A stretch of 63,985 bases of DNA, counting the filler, from Octopus bimaculoides (Eukaryota), in assembly GCF_001194135.2 (NCBI RefSeq). It is 5 parts of 5 records of this genome, joined end to end, with 100 filler letters (N's around TTAATTAATTAA, not from the genome) between each part and the next. Parts side by side here need not be neighbours in the genome. Positions count along the whole stretch, not along the records: positions 1 to 30,299 come from NC_068989.1; positions 30,400 to 46,064 come from NC_068981.1; 3 more parts are not named here. One strand, 5' to 3'. Made by a program: the position numbers and the translations under genes. Shown piece by piece: positions 27,467 to 39,980 of the stretch. The number at the start of each line of letters is the position of its first letter. Position 1 is the stretch's first letter. Below the pieces are notes generated by a model. The model was not told where the DNA came from, made no database searches, and saw nothing but the letters and a program-made list of their open reading frames with translations.

Positions 27467-30299
27467 ATCGTATTTCATATGTTTATGTGTGTGTGTTTGT
27501 GTGTAAATGTTTGTGCGCGCGCCAATGGAAATCGAGATCTTTGTGTATTCCTCTTTAGATAAACATAGATACCAGGCTGCAACATAAATATTTAAATGTT
27601 TTCCTGTCTCGATGCACTTTGAAGTGGAAATGGAGTAAGAGAAGAATTACAGAATGGAAGAAAATTTTTTATAAATAGTATAACTAATAACCAGACTAAT
27701 AGAAGTCAGCACTAATATGTAAAGTGCGAAAAATATTTAATAATTAATCGAAAAAATGATAAGAAACGAGAAAGGTAGAAATCCCAAATGAAAGGAGCAA
27801 AGATTTGCATAAAAATGAGAAGTAAGCAAACGGAGGTGTGAAAATAGAAAGTGAAAAATATAGTTGGAATAACAAATAGATTATGTTGTTCTCAAAATCA
27901 GCTAAATCGAGTGAATTAATATCATTATATTTTATTACAAAAGCATCGCTGATAGAGAAAAAATGGAATAGAGTTGATTGGGTGATTTTGTCGTATTGCT
28001 CTGTTCGATCTGGGTAGAATTAGCAAGTTATGCAAAAACAACCCGTAGAATTTGGATGTGTTCGGTCGATCCGGTAGAAATTGTATGGAAATTTCCCACA
28101 CAACATATTCTGTTATCGTAGACTTGATGGCCACGTCGAATAACGTAGTGCTAGTTTATTGATTTTCTAGAACGGATGGTCTTTGACTCTTTGCAGTTCT
28201 ATAAAAGAAAATATGTAAAAAGTAATTGTATTCCTGATCGCTAGTTCTAACTATGCACTAAAATATTTAACAATATTTAATAAAATACATGGGTCTCTCC
28301 CTGTAGAAAATCCCAGATACTTTTTAACAATATTCATTTTGTCCCTTTAGTGAATAACGTTTACAAACACGCAAGTAAATTCTTGTAGAAACTAAATAGC
28401 CGGATAACTCTTGCATAAAATCACGTCTAGTGAGTAGAAGTTTTGTTTCGAAATCCTTTCCATTTCAATGTCACATAGGACATTAAAAAATTCATCAAAT
28501 AGAGACCTTCATAGTTTAGCAGAATTATGCATTAATATTTGGATTTCATAAGGCTTCCATATTTTTTCGTTTTACTCTGTAAATAACCGAATAAGTTAGT
28601 ATTTCTTTTTATTTCCGAATATTAACAAAAACTTATCAAATTACACGGTTGAACTCAACATCACTGTCGAAAATGATAACAGAGTTGAAGGAACGATCAA
28701 TATTTCAATAATTCAATGGATTTAATTACCTGAGAAATTAATGATAAGATATTCATTAAAATGAGAATTGAATTTTACTAGAATCGACAGAAAGCATCAA
28801 TCAGATTTTTTTTTTTTGACATACAAAAAATAAACATGAAACGAAAAAAATCCATGAAGTATTTAACACTGAAAATCATCATGCATAAATTCATCAAAGA
28901 CATCAATAGAATGTATTTGCCCATATGATAATTACTTAAAAAACTTTCCATGTACAACAACGTCTACTGTTAAAGACTTGCTGCAATCTCACTTTGATTG
29001 CAACGTGTATTTAGTATATTACACTGAATTCTAAAACAAAGTACTTGCGGCGTGTTTCTTTTCATATATCTTACTCAGAAAGGCCTATAAGTATTTATCT
29101 CACTGGCAAAGTTTGGCAGCGGCAGTTCAAGCATACGTCATAAAATAGATACCACAACACATCATTACAAATAGACCAAAACAAACCCTTTGATCGCATG
29201 TGCCCCATGATTTAAACAGGAACAAGTGTTACATCCGCGTCACGATTATGCTTGGATAGAAATACTCGACTCATATCAGTACACATCACTGTGCTTGTCC
29301 TTCTGCATTGTTCAGTTGGTTTTCTGTTCGCCTTTTTGACACAGCTGCAGCTTCTTGGATAAAATGCATGCTTCCACACTATTACATTTGCGGACTTCAA
29401 CATGTACTGCTGACATCATCACGGAATATATTTTTCGGTACAAGGATTTTATTTCATATAGTTTTTTTTTGTTTCTTGGTACTACTAGCAGAATACTACT
29501 AGCACCCGTTAATGTACCGAATACTATATATTTCTTCGTGAGAAAAGATGGTTAGTACCGGAAAGCCATTCATCTCAGGTACGCTCAGTTGACGCTAAAC
29601 ATGTGTTAATAACATCTGCAACAACAACAAATGACTTTAACATCAGCAATAATTTTAACAACTAGAAAACAAAAACTAAGGTACTGGGAGAATAATAATA
29701 TTCGTTATACCAAACAAATAGAAAAAAAAGAAAGAGAGAAGGAAAATACTTTCAGAAAATCCACGAGCATTGTTTGAGATAAATGAAGTGTCTATGGATT
29801 TACATTCTTCATCTGTTTAATTTTATATAGCACTAATATAGATGGAATCATAAAATCCGCTGAGCAGAAAATACAAATCAAGTGGATGCATCCAATAATA
29901 AGAAATATATGTAATATATAGATATTAATAATTTTCCTCATGTTTATTGTTATTCTTATAACTGTTGTCACTCGTGTTGATTTTGTTTTGTTAATATTTT
30001 GATGTTCCCTAAAGTAAAACTTGACATTGAATTTATTTAATTTCGAAATTAGATTTTTGCAAAAAAATTGATGCATTCAAAACGGAAATCTAAAATCAAG
30101 TTTATGGAACTCATTTCTATATTCGATATCGATAATTGGACTTGGTTATTCACTCGAGAGAGTCGACCTAATTGAATAGGGATAATAAAAACAAAGAAGG
30201 ATGTAATAACTGCATGCTTTTTTCCAAAACGACGTGATTTATGTTTTACGTTATTATATAAAGGTTAAAAAATATATAGCGTGTATATGTGTATATATA

Positions 30300-30399
30300 N
30301 NNNNNNNNNNNNNNNNNNNNNNNNNNNNNNNNNNNNNNNNNNNTTAATTAATTAANNNNNNNNNNNNNNNNNNNNNNNNNNNNNNNNNNNNNNNNNNNN
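30300..30399. other. Artificial scaffold spacer (44 N + TTAATTAATTAA + 44 N)
   Basis: Exactly 100 bp. The 12-mer carries stop codons in all six frames. Identical at three other sites. Confidence 0.95.
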
Positions 30400-31118
30400 A
30401 TATATATATATATATATATATACATACATATATGTGTGTGTGTGTGTGTGTGTTGTGTGATACGCACTCGCACGCACGCACCTGTATGAGTGTATACGTG
30501 AGCGTGTATGCATATGTATATTTGTGCGTACACGTAGCGTAGATACCCTACAACAGCAAGATTACATGGTCTTTCTAAATCCGTCAAACAAAATAGAGCT
30601 CCAGGTTTGGTCTTCTTACTACATGCATTCATGAACAATAACTTCATTAGACGTTTGAACTAAACGAGAGATCCAACTGACCGATCAATGATTCACTCCA
30701 TTCTCCGAGATAACAGTAACAAAGGTTGTTCTTGCTCTCTGCTTTTAAAAGTTTGTATTCTGTCTGTTGGGATGGTTCCAAATGTAACGTCTGTACGTAC
30801 AATATATTTAGTCTGGTGCTTCGTTTCTAAAGTCGGAATCTTGGCAAAAGGCATAGAGACAATATAAAATGCGTATAAATACTTGTACACTTGTACACTT
30901 GTACAACGATGTCTTGTGGAGGAAGCACAACTCTGAATTTGGGGTGGGGGGTTAGATTGTGTGGCTTTAACAGACAGCGTTTTTTGTAGCCGAAAACTAT
31001 CTTCTAATCCACTATGCATTTCTTTTGCGTGTTAGTTGTATGCATTTTCCTATAGCAAAATCTTAACTGCTTTTTCATATGCAGCTTATAATTCTCAATG
31101 ATTAGTTTATGGTTTAAT

Positions 31119-31198
<80 letters not shown>

Positions 31199-31332
31199 TG
31201 TCTGTATATACACTTGTATACGTACATATATTTGTAGGAAGGTAGGTAGGCAGGCAAGCAGGCAAGCAGGCAGGCAAGCAAGGCAGGCATGCAGGTAAGT
31301 AGGTAGGTAGGTAGGTAGGTAGGTAGGTAGGT
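31119..31332. repeat. (GATA)n followed by (AGGC)n/(AGGT)n
   Basis: Direct reading. Confidence 0.93.
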
Positions 31333-31339
31333 ATATATG

Positions 31340-31720
31340 TCAAGTCGCACTTGGGCACTACTGGTAACATATAACCTAGTACAACCTGTTGCATGGTCGG
31401 GTCTTTGGTGAGTAAACTGGCAACTCCATCAAGCTTGCTTGGTGTGGAGGGTGATTGTTGGACACCCTGCAGGACGAAAAACAAGACATGTCAAAGGGCG
31501 AAAGAGTTCATGAGCAATCAACGGCCATCCAACAATATGTGTGCATGTGTATGTATACCTGTATGTATGCGCGGGGACGTGGAAATACCTGGATAGGTGT
31601 CCAGGCGCGCGGATGGCTCAGTAGGCGTAGGAAGCCCCTCTATTGTCACAACATCTCTCTAGGAGAGGGAAACTCTGAGGGAGAACCTGCGACACTGACA
31701 ATATTCGATGATGTTGACTA
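31340..31720 (+). mobile_element. Possible 5' UTR remnant of an RTE-type LINE
   Basis: GC-rich island containing ctctaggagagggaaactctga, similar to the ggagaaggaaaactctga motif I recall from RTE 5' regions. No ORF follows. Confidence 0.38.
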
Positions 31721-32016
31721 GATTTTATTTTCGAGTTTATGTAGTCCGTGTTCAGAGAGTGAGATTGTATTTGTGTAACTCCTTTCTCCACTATAAAAAA
31801 ATTATCATTTCAATGTGAAGAATAAAAAGTTTAGAATGGTACAACAATGCACTATAAAACAAAAAATGGACTATATACCTGTTGTGATTTGGTTATCTAT
31901 AGTCCGATGATATTTCGGAATTACAATTCCTTCTATCATTTCAATGCCTGTGCATTGCTTGAAATAAAAGTAAAACTTATCGCAAAAATGGCTGGTCGTA
32001 GCCTTCGCATGTGTGA

Positions 32017-32052
<36 letters not shown>

Positions 32053-32533
32053 NNNNNNNNNNNNNNNNNNNNNNNNNNNNNNNNNNNNNNNNNNNNNNNN
32101 NNNNNNNNNNNNNNNNNNNNNNNNNNNNNNNNNNNNNNNNNNNNNNNNNNNNNNNNNNNNNNNNNNNNNNNNNNNNNNNNNNNNNNNNNNNNNNNNNNNN
32201 NNNNNNNNNNNNNNNNNNNNNNNNNNNNNNNNNNNNNNNNNNNNNNNNNNNNNNNNNNNNNNNNNNNNNNNNNNNNNNNNNNNNNNNNNNNNNNNNNNNN
32301 NNNNNNNNNNNNNNNNNNNNNNNNNNNNNNNNNNNNNNNNNNNNNNNNNNNNNNNNNNNNNNNNNNNNNNNNNNNNNNNNNNNNNNNNNNNNNNNNNNNN
32401 NNNNNNNNNNNNNNNNNNNNNNNNNNNNNNNNNNNNNNNNNNNNNNNNNNNNNNNNNNNNNNNNNNNNNNNNNNNNNNNNNNNNNNNNNNNNNNNNNNNN
32501 NNNNNNNNNNNNNNNNNNNNNNNNNNNNNNNNN

Positions 32534-32581
<48 letters not shown>

Positions 32582-32645
32582 AAGCAAATTCGCTAGTTGG
32601 AAATTCTCTATAAGAGATGAAAGTGGTAACTATACTGAGAAGTAG

Positions 32646-32916
32646 TGTTTACAGCCACTTAAACATGGCTGTTCCGTAGGAACCGACATTACTGCTATTT
32701 CAACCGCAGGAGGACGCCTCCTTCAGCTGATTATTTGATGTATTCTGCACTCGATATATATTGCAATCCGGCGAGAGAACCTCAACCATCTTCTAACCAC
32801 GAGACTACCAAACCGTACGGTTTCGACCTCTTTGTGATCATCCTCGGTGCTCCTCCTGGGGTTAAAAATAGCAGTAACATCGGTTACTACGGAACAGCTA
32901 TGTTTGAGTGGCGGCA

Positions 32917-32920
<4 letters not shown>
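32646..32920. mobile_element. MITE-like element with about 70-bp imperfect terminal inverted repeats
   Basis: Left tgtttacagccacttaaacatggctgttccgtaggaaccgacattactgctatttcaaccgcaggagg; reverse complement of right tgtttgccgccactcaaacatagctgttccgtagtaaccgatgttactgctatttttaaccccaggagg. The right end abuts (TA)n. Confidence 0.85.
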
Positions 32921-32971
<51 letters not shown>

Positions 32972-33549
32972 TCCCACAAACCGAAAGTCTTCCTTTTGAA
33001 ATATTTTATATTTTGTACATTATCTGTATGAATGGTATTAATATTATCTTCATGCAATAAGGTAAATTATTCCATCTGCCTTTCGGATTTGCTTTCTACA
33101 ACGAAACCTACAGAAACTCATAGAATAAAAGAGCAACAATTTAAGCATCAAAGCCATTTAATAGCAATGAAGAGTAAATTTAATGATATATTGTTTTGCT
33201 TTCTGATTTGGGCATGCTCTGCTGGTATTTTTAATATACATTAGACATACTACAATGCTTGGAAAACATCTGCGTTTCACAGTAGAAAAATGAATGTTTG
33301 CTTCAATATTGGTCAACAATAAAATCTACTATAACAGCAAGAACAATATGTAAGCATGAGCCATATTTCTAGATCTATCAATTTCATCAAGAAGAACGAC
33401 AGCAGCACTAGCAGGAAATATTAATAGGAAAGTGAACAGCTTTCGTATGGACAACAATGACAAACTAACTAATCACAAATCGATTAAAACTATAGCAACC
33501 TGGAAGAAAGCAGAGAAGACAACGACATGGAGAGGAAAGCCAACTAAAT

Positions 33550-33846
33550 CATTATTGTTGTTGTCGTCATCATCATCATCATAATCATCATCATCATCAT
33601 CTTCTTCTTCTTCTTCTTCTTCTTCTTCTTCTTCTTCTTGCCCCGCCTCCTTCTCTGCTTCCTCCTCCTCCCCTTCCTCCTCGTCTTCCTCCTCCTCACC
33701 CTCACCCTTTTCCACATTTTCCCCCTCCTCCGCATCTTCTCCTCCTCCTCACCTTCCTCCTCACCTTCCTCCTCCCTCGCATTATCCTAATCGTTATCAT
33801 CATCATCGTCATCATCATCATCGTCATCATCATCATCGTCATCATC

Positions 33847-33877
<31 letters not shown>

Positions 33878-33950
33878 TCATCGTCATCATCATCATCGTC
33901 ATCATCATCATCGTCATCATCATCATCATGGTCATCGTCACATTCAGCCT
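33550..33950. repeat. Compound triplet microsatellite (CAT/CTT/CTC/CAT)
   Basis: Direct reading. It explains the poly-E/D/K/M ORFs. Confidence 0.92.
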
Positions 33951-34145
33951 TATCATCACCTTAATTAGGAAAATCATTGAGAAAGCAATGTGCAGCAACA
34001 TCAATAAATAATAGTTAGGGTTATATACGATCAGAGTTCTAAAAAACCGCCGAGATCAACTTGGTTTTTTCATCCTTCTGAGATCGATAAAACAAATACA
34101 GATCAAGTCGATATATTCGATTGCACGCACATCCCACAAAATTTC

Positions 34146-34580
34146 TGGCAGTGTGGTAAAAAGCTTGCGTCCCAACCACATGGTTCCAAGTTCTGTCCCA
34201 CTGCGTGGCACCTTGGGCAAGTGTCTTCTATTATAGCCTTGGGCCGAGAAAAGCCTGGTGAGTGGATTTGGTAAACGGAACTGAAAGAAACCCGTTGTGT
34301 GTGTGTGTGTGTGTGTGTGNNNNNNNNNNCGATCTGTGTGTGTGTGTATGTGTGTGTGTGCGTGTTTGTGTTTTCCCCATCACTGCTTGACAAACGGTAT
34401 AGGTGTGCTTACGTCCCCATGACTAAGCTGTTCGGCAAAAGAGCCCGATAGAATAAGTACCAGTTTTTTCAAAAAATAAGAACTGGGTGTTGATTCATTC
34501 GACTTAAAATTCTTCAAAGCGGTACCCCAACATGGCCGCAGTCTAATGATCGAATCAAGTAAATGATAAAAGATAAAAGT
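34146..34580 (+). mobile_element. Near full-length SINE (family A) with internal (TG)n
   Basis: Head gtgtggtaaaaagcttgc...gttctgtcccactgcgtggcaccttgggcaagtg, central (TG)n with a small gap, tail ...catggccgcagtctaatga...(GATAAAA)n. Confidence 0.9.
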
Positions 34581-35584
34581 TATATGAAATCATTTTGCCT
34601 TTCGTTGTTTTTTTTTTATATATTTTCCTCCTTTCTGTGTAAGTTTCTACTGCACGCCCAGTTGCACTTCTGTATTCCTGAGATGTGTGCAGTATTGATT
34701 TTCAAGGATGTAGAATTGTATTTCAATGCTACATCTGATTTTCTTTGTTGTAAAGGACAGGGATTGTCGGTGTTTTTACTTCAATGTTTCGTTTATTTAC
34801 TGTATTGTGCTCCCTTTAGCCTCTATGGACATTGGTTTGTGGGGAGATATCATTTTATTGTCATCGAGCTGTTTAGTTTTATTTTCAGTGTGTATTCCAT
34901 TTCTGTTCCCTCAAATACTTTTGTTTTTCATTACTAATCTACCTTGAGTCGTTACCGCGTTTATACGATGTTTTTACGTTATTTCTTCTCCATAAAACGT
35001 TCCTCTCATTTATGCTACCCGTATGTGCTAGATATAAAATAGATGCAAAATATTCGAGCAATACTTCGAAGTATTATTACATGGCCCAAGGCTCTCTTGC
35101 CATTCTGTTTCTATTTTATTTGAACCTTTTTGTTAGGATCTAACATTTTGAAAGAATATGGATTCTAACTAATGTGATGTATTACATAAATTTCGTAGCG
35201 TACTCGCATTAAACTCGCGCTATGTCATTCATCACACATGTTCGCCCATCGAATAATGTTTTCAATACTGTTTGAGCTATTAACGGAAATAGTTAATCCA
35301 TATTTTTTGTTGCTATTTGTATCTCGTTTCTTAACTGTTCTTTATTTTCGTAATGTTTATTTTTATATATTTTTAAGCAGCATATTTTGTGTGCAATGAT
35401 CCTATGTGTGACATATCATTTTGACTTACCGTGGATCCATATGACATCACCTCGTTTTGTTATTTTTCCTAATTTTACTCTCGAATATTCAATTATTGCT
35501 GGATATATTTCTGGGTTTGTTGTTTTGTTTACAGAACGCTGCTTCGACGTCCATGTAGATATTTAACCCACACATTAATATTGT

Positions 35585-35800
35585 AGGTTGGCAAAGTCAT
35601 TAGAGCGTCAGGCAAAATACCTTGCGATATTTGGCTCGGCTGTTTATGTTCCGTCTTCTAACCCTACTGTGATCAATTGTACCTTTCATTTCCCCGAGGT
35701 CAATAAAAGAAAGTATTAGTCAATTACTTCACAGGTACTTTATGTTATTTTACAACCCTCCCTCAAACCGCTGGCCTTGTGCTTAAATCAGAAACAACCA
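35585..35800 (+). mobile_element. Degraded CORE-like SINE (family C)
   Basis: ttggcaaagtcattagagcgtcaggcaaaatacc...cctttcatttccccgaggtcaataaa...gctggccttgtgc is similar to the units at 62644-63235. Confidence 0.58.
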
Positions 35801-36194
35801 TTATGATTATTGTCACTCTTGAATTAGTTATTGTTGTTTTTATCGCCGCTGTTGTTGCTGTTGTTGTTGCTCCGCTTTACAACCAGTCTCCCTTCTAGTA
35901 ATAGCCGATATATTATTAGCAAGGATGCTTTCCTGAAGTTTGCTGACAACAAATCTTTTCAACTCTCAAGTATCTTTCTTAAAACTCTTACCAACTACAG
36001 GAAGTATTTTTCTGCAGGTCGACCATACTTATATCATTTCCAATGTACTTATGCCTCTCAGGTAGTATGGGTGTTATGCCGAGTGCACCAATTACCACAA
36101 GAATAATTTTAACCCTCGAATTCCACAATTTTGCTCACCGGATATTTCTCAATCCACTATCTCATATAGGATTGCAAAGATAATGATCATGTGC

Positions 36195-37750
36195 TTTTCG
36201 TTGTTCCTTTTACCGACGATCATATCTGGCATTTCTGCTTCAGTAGTATGGTCATCCATTATAGACAAATCTCATAAAATCCTGTAATTATCATTCATCA
36301 TCACAGCCTCTGGCATGCATTCGTACCACATTTCCATTACTTAGCTAACATCCCAATGCACTCACCCTTTTACCGACAAGGTACTTTTTATACTGGCTTA
36401 CTGCAATCGATTAGAGGATGATAAAAACTTTCGCCCTCTTTTCCATACATTCTGCGTTTGCCGTCTGATTGAATTTTATCAACCTTTGTCGTTATCAAAT
36501 TCATTCTAATGCTTATTTTTTAACCTGAAAACCGACCGTGACAATTGTCAGGCACTCAAAAACCCAGTTTATGGGAAGTTACTGTATGCTTTCTTGTCGG
36601 CTATCCTCCCAACAGTTATTTATATGCTCTTGTTCATATGCTCTTAGTATAATATATAGATATAAAATAGATCAGAAAATCCCACTGATTTCTTTCTGCA
36701 TCTCTTTTGCTCTTCTAGTAACTGTTCCTTCATTCTCTAGAAAACTATACAATTTACCTCCTATGAGACCATTTATCAATTTCCAGAGCAATAGCAAACA
36801 CGTAATCTGACTTACCCTCTCTTTTCACCATCCTTCTGTATTAACGTTGGCCTTTTTTTCATATTATCGGTGCTCCATTTTTCTACTCAACCAAAAAGAA
36901 ACAGTCGTGTGTGACTGTGCATGCTTGCGAAATATCAAAGCCAGAATCCTTGAACACCAGATACTTTCCAGGTTGGTGTCTTTATGTATCATATCACAGA
37001 TATTTTCTACTTACTCTTCTGTAATATTTACATTCTCTAGAGCTAGTTTTCTCTTCACTTTTAATCTCTTATAACCAGTCTCTTGTTCAGATATGGTAAC
37101 TTTCTTTACATTGTTTCTGAAGAGCTTATTCTGTTGACACTAACTTTTTTTTTTGCTACCAAGGACTTTTACCGATTTAGCATAATATTTCTGTCATATC
37201 TTCTCTTTAGGAGACTGTAACCTTGTCTGTCTGATGTTATACTTACTTTGACGCTTGTTCTTGTGTCTTCCTGCATCGACTTCTATGGCAATCATCTTTC
37301 TTTAACCTTTATTGAGTCACTTCATTCTCAGGTCTAATACTCCACTATAATTTCTTAGACACTTTTTTCTACTCTGTTTAATTCCAAAACATTTCTACTG
37401 TAACAGAGGCCTCCCATTATAGAAGGTCATTTACAATTGTTATATTTCTAGCTTCTTACGTGTTTTTCTTAACTTATTACTTTCAGTTACTCTCAAAGTT
37501 GTTCATTTCGTTTTATCCTTATTTCTTGTTTCATTCAAACACTAAAGAAATATCCTTTCCATCTGTGTAATAAAACTTATTTTTACTCACATTACTACTT
37601 TTTTTTCTCTTGAGGATTCATTGAACTTTATGCTATTTCTTACTCAACTTTTTCTTCTGTGTAACTATATTCTTCATCTCTTTATCTTTCTCTGCACTGA
37701 CTCTCCTCCAGTTCCAGCTGAGATAGCCATTGTTTTCAAATTATTATATA
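36195..37750 (-). mobile_element. Old R4/Dong-like RLE LINE, internally deleted
   Basis: Minus-strand peptides QNKLFRNN, TWKVSGVQGFWL, PTLIQKDGEK, WKLINGLIGGKLYSFLENEG..EEQKRCRKKS, a degenerate zinc knuckle, and WYECMPEAVMMNDNYRIL*D..(P)DMIV (RLE PD-(D/E)xK region). Confidence 0.75.
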
Positions 37751-37833
37751 ACTTTTATCTAGACGCGTTTGTTCTGTGGCTAGAAACATCGCTTTTTCTC
37801 CCTCCCTCTCTTTCTCTCTCTTTCTCTTTCTTA

Positions 37834-37867
<34 letters not shown>

Positions 37868-37955
37868 TTCTCTCTCTCTCCTTACCTCTTTTACTCTTTC
37901 CCTCTTTCTCTCTCACTCACTCTCTCTCTCTCTCTCTTTCTTTCTCTCACTCTCC

Positions 37956-37986
<31 letters not shown>

Positions 37987-38003
37987 CTTCTTCTTCTCTA
38001 TTC

Positions 38004-38160
38004 TATGAAGGGATGCTGAGAAGTTCCTGGCTTCGGGTAAAATAAAATACATGAGGATTAATTAATTATGATTTTATTCAACGCATTCCCCTCTCAGATT
38101 CACAACTTATTGCAGCGGTCCTTCAGTTTTTTTCTAAGTCTTGTAAACGAACTCGGATGC
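38004..38160 (+). mobile_element. Mariner-like terminal fragment
   Basis: Begins TA-tgaagggatgctgagaagttcctggctt, resembling mariner-type TIR starts (TACGAGGG...). Confidence 0.5.
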
Positions 38161-38379
38161 TACTTTTAGGATAGCACGCTTTGTACATTGTAAGCAGTTT
38201 CCTAGTTCTTCTAATTCACGAATCTCCGTCTTAATCCATTTTAGAAAAGGACTAGAGTATCTTACTACTGGCATGGCCCAAGCACCTTCCTAATCCTTCT
38301 CTTTTAGTCTGTGGAAGCATCATCATCATCATCATCATCATCTTCATCACCATCATCACCATCGTCATCATCATTATAA

Positions 38380-39720
38380 TTAGATTATCAATTAAGAGTT
38401 GATAATTCTGGCAACATGTCGTGTCTCCTTTTGTATTCGCGTTGTGCGAGCTTACAGCACTCACTTACAATAAGGCTTGTACTTTCTCCCTTCTCAGAGC
38501 ACATCCTACACTGTGGGGAGTCAGTGTTTTTATCAATGTGATATTTTGAGTAGTTTGTTCTGAGAACTTGTTCTTGAGCGCTGCACACTAATGCCTCAGT
38601 GAGCCCTGTTTAAGTCTCCTTTCTGCAGCCATTGCCAGGTTCTGTTTCAATCATTTTTATTCTTCAAGAATTGACTGTGCATTTCTTGTCCTGCCAAATT
38701 TTCTTCATCTGCTCTCTCTGGTCTTTCTTAAATTGTGTTCGATGTACGGCTTCGTTCACTTTTAAGGTTCCTTGCATTTTCACTGCTTCAATCATTTCTT
38801 CTTTACTCCCCTTGATATACCAAACCGGGCTATTCTCTTCCCTTACACAACCTTCACAACACACCAATCCCCGTCCTCCTTCTTTCCTCTTTACATACAA
38901 TATTGACACATCACTCTTGGGGTCATTGTCATTAATTTGCGTGTTCTCCTGTCTATCTCTTGTAATTAATGCTTCTTCTGAGATACTACTGCTCCATATT
39001 TCATCAAAACAACCGCTCACGTGTTAATTGCTCTAATTTTATAGCAGTCATTTAGCTTCGATTGGTGCACAAGCCGAGTTCTCCTCAAATACTTTTTTCA
39101 TCTACATTTCTTTCATCTTGTATTCATTCATCTTATCTCTTTCAATGATACCCAGGTACTTATATCCTTCCTCTCCGACTTTCTTTATAATTTCACCACT
39201 TTCCAGTCTGGTCCCATGGCTTTTACTGATTTTCCCCCTTTTGAGAATCATTACACCACATTTCTCGATCCCAAATTTCATGCCAATATCATTGCTAATC
39301 ATTTTCACAGTTACCGTCAAACTTTCTCAGTCTTTGCGAATAACTTTAGGTTGTTTACTTTCACCCTGCCTAGCATGTACCCCACACGCATCTTTCTTAA
39401 AAACGCTCGTTAGTGGTATTATGCAGACAACAAATAGGAGAGGCGACAGACTGTCCCCTTGAAAGATTCCTCTTTGATATTTACCTCTCCCAGCTTATCT
39501 CCCCATGCTGTGAGTTCAGTTCGCCACGTTGTCATTGAGTTTTGTATTAACTTCAGGATATTATGGGAGACCTTAAGCAGTTTAAGGCATTCAATAATCC
39601 TTCGTTCCTCTGCTCTTACGTCTGCTTCCTTTTTGTTCCACTGGTAGTAGGTCGTTCTCATATAGGTAATTATAAATGCTGTTTGATATGATGCTCGTCA
39701 TCAGTTTCCACATCAGTGGC
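38380..39720 (-). mobile_element. R4/Dong-like RLE LINE fragment (RT plus CCHC zinc knuckle), pseudogenised
   Basis: [12 protein letters not shown]...[45 protein letters not shown]...GYKYLGI, and AQEQVLRTNY...CRMCSEKGES...SECCKLAQREYKRRHD. Confidence 0.92.
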
Positions 39721-39721
39721 A

Positions 39722-39980
<259 letters not shown>

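Noticed and set aside
28038-28062. miR-100/99-like sequence (aacccgtaga)
   Set aside because: Only a 10-nt match with no hairpin.
27980-28140. Very old mariner fragment (WE.SHTTYS..DL resembling WEILPHPPYSPDL)
   Set aside because: Too degenerate to support without a profile search.
29490-29520. Helitron 3' end (…cgggtgCTAGt on the minus strand)
   Set aside because: No clear subterminal hairpin, and it lies upstream rather than downstream of the 20837 element.
29212-29580. Short ORFs and a possible ATG...CAG|GTACGC first exon
   Set aside because: No homology recognised, and the signals are at chance level.
30344-30355. TTAATTAATTAA as a recurring biological motif or repeat array
   Set aside because: It is always centred in exactly 88 N, so it is an assembly linker.
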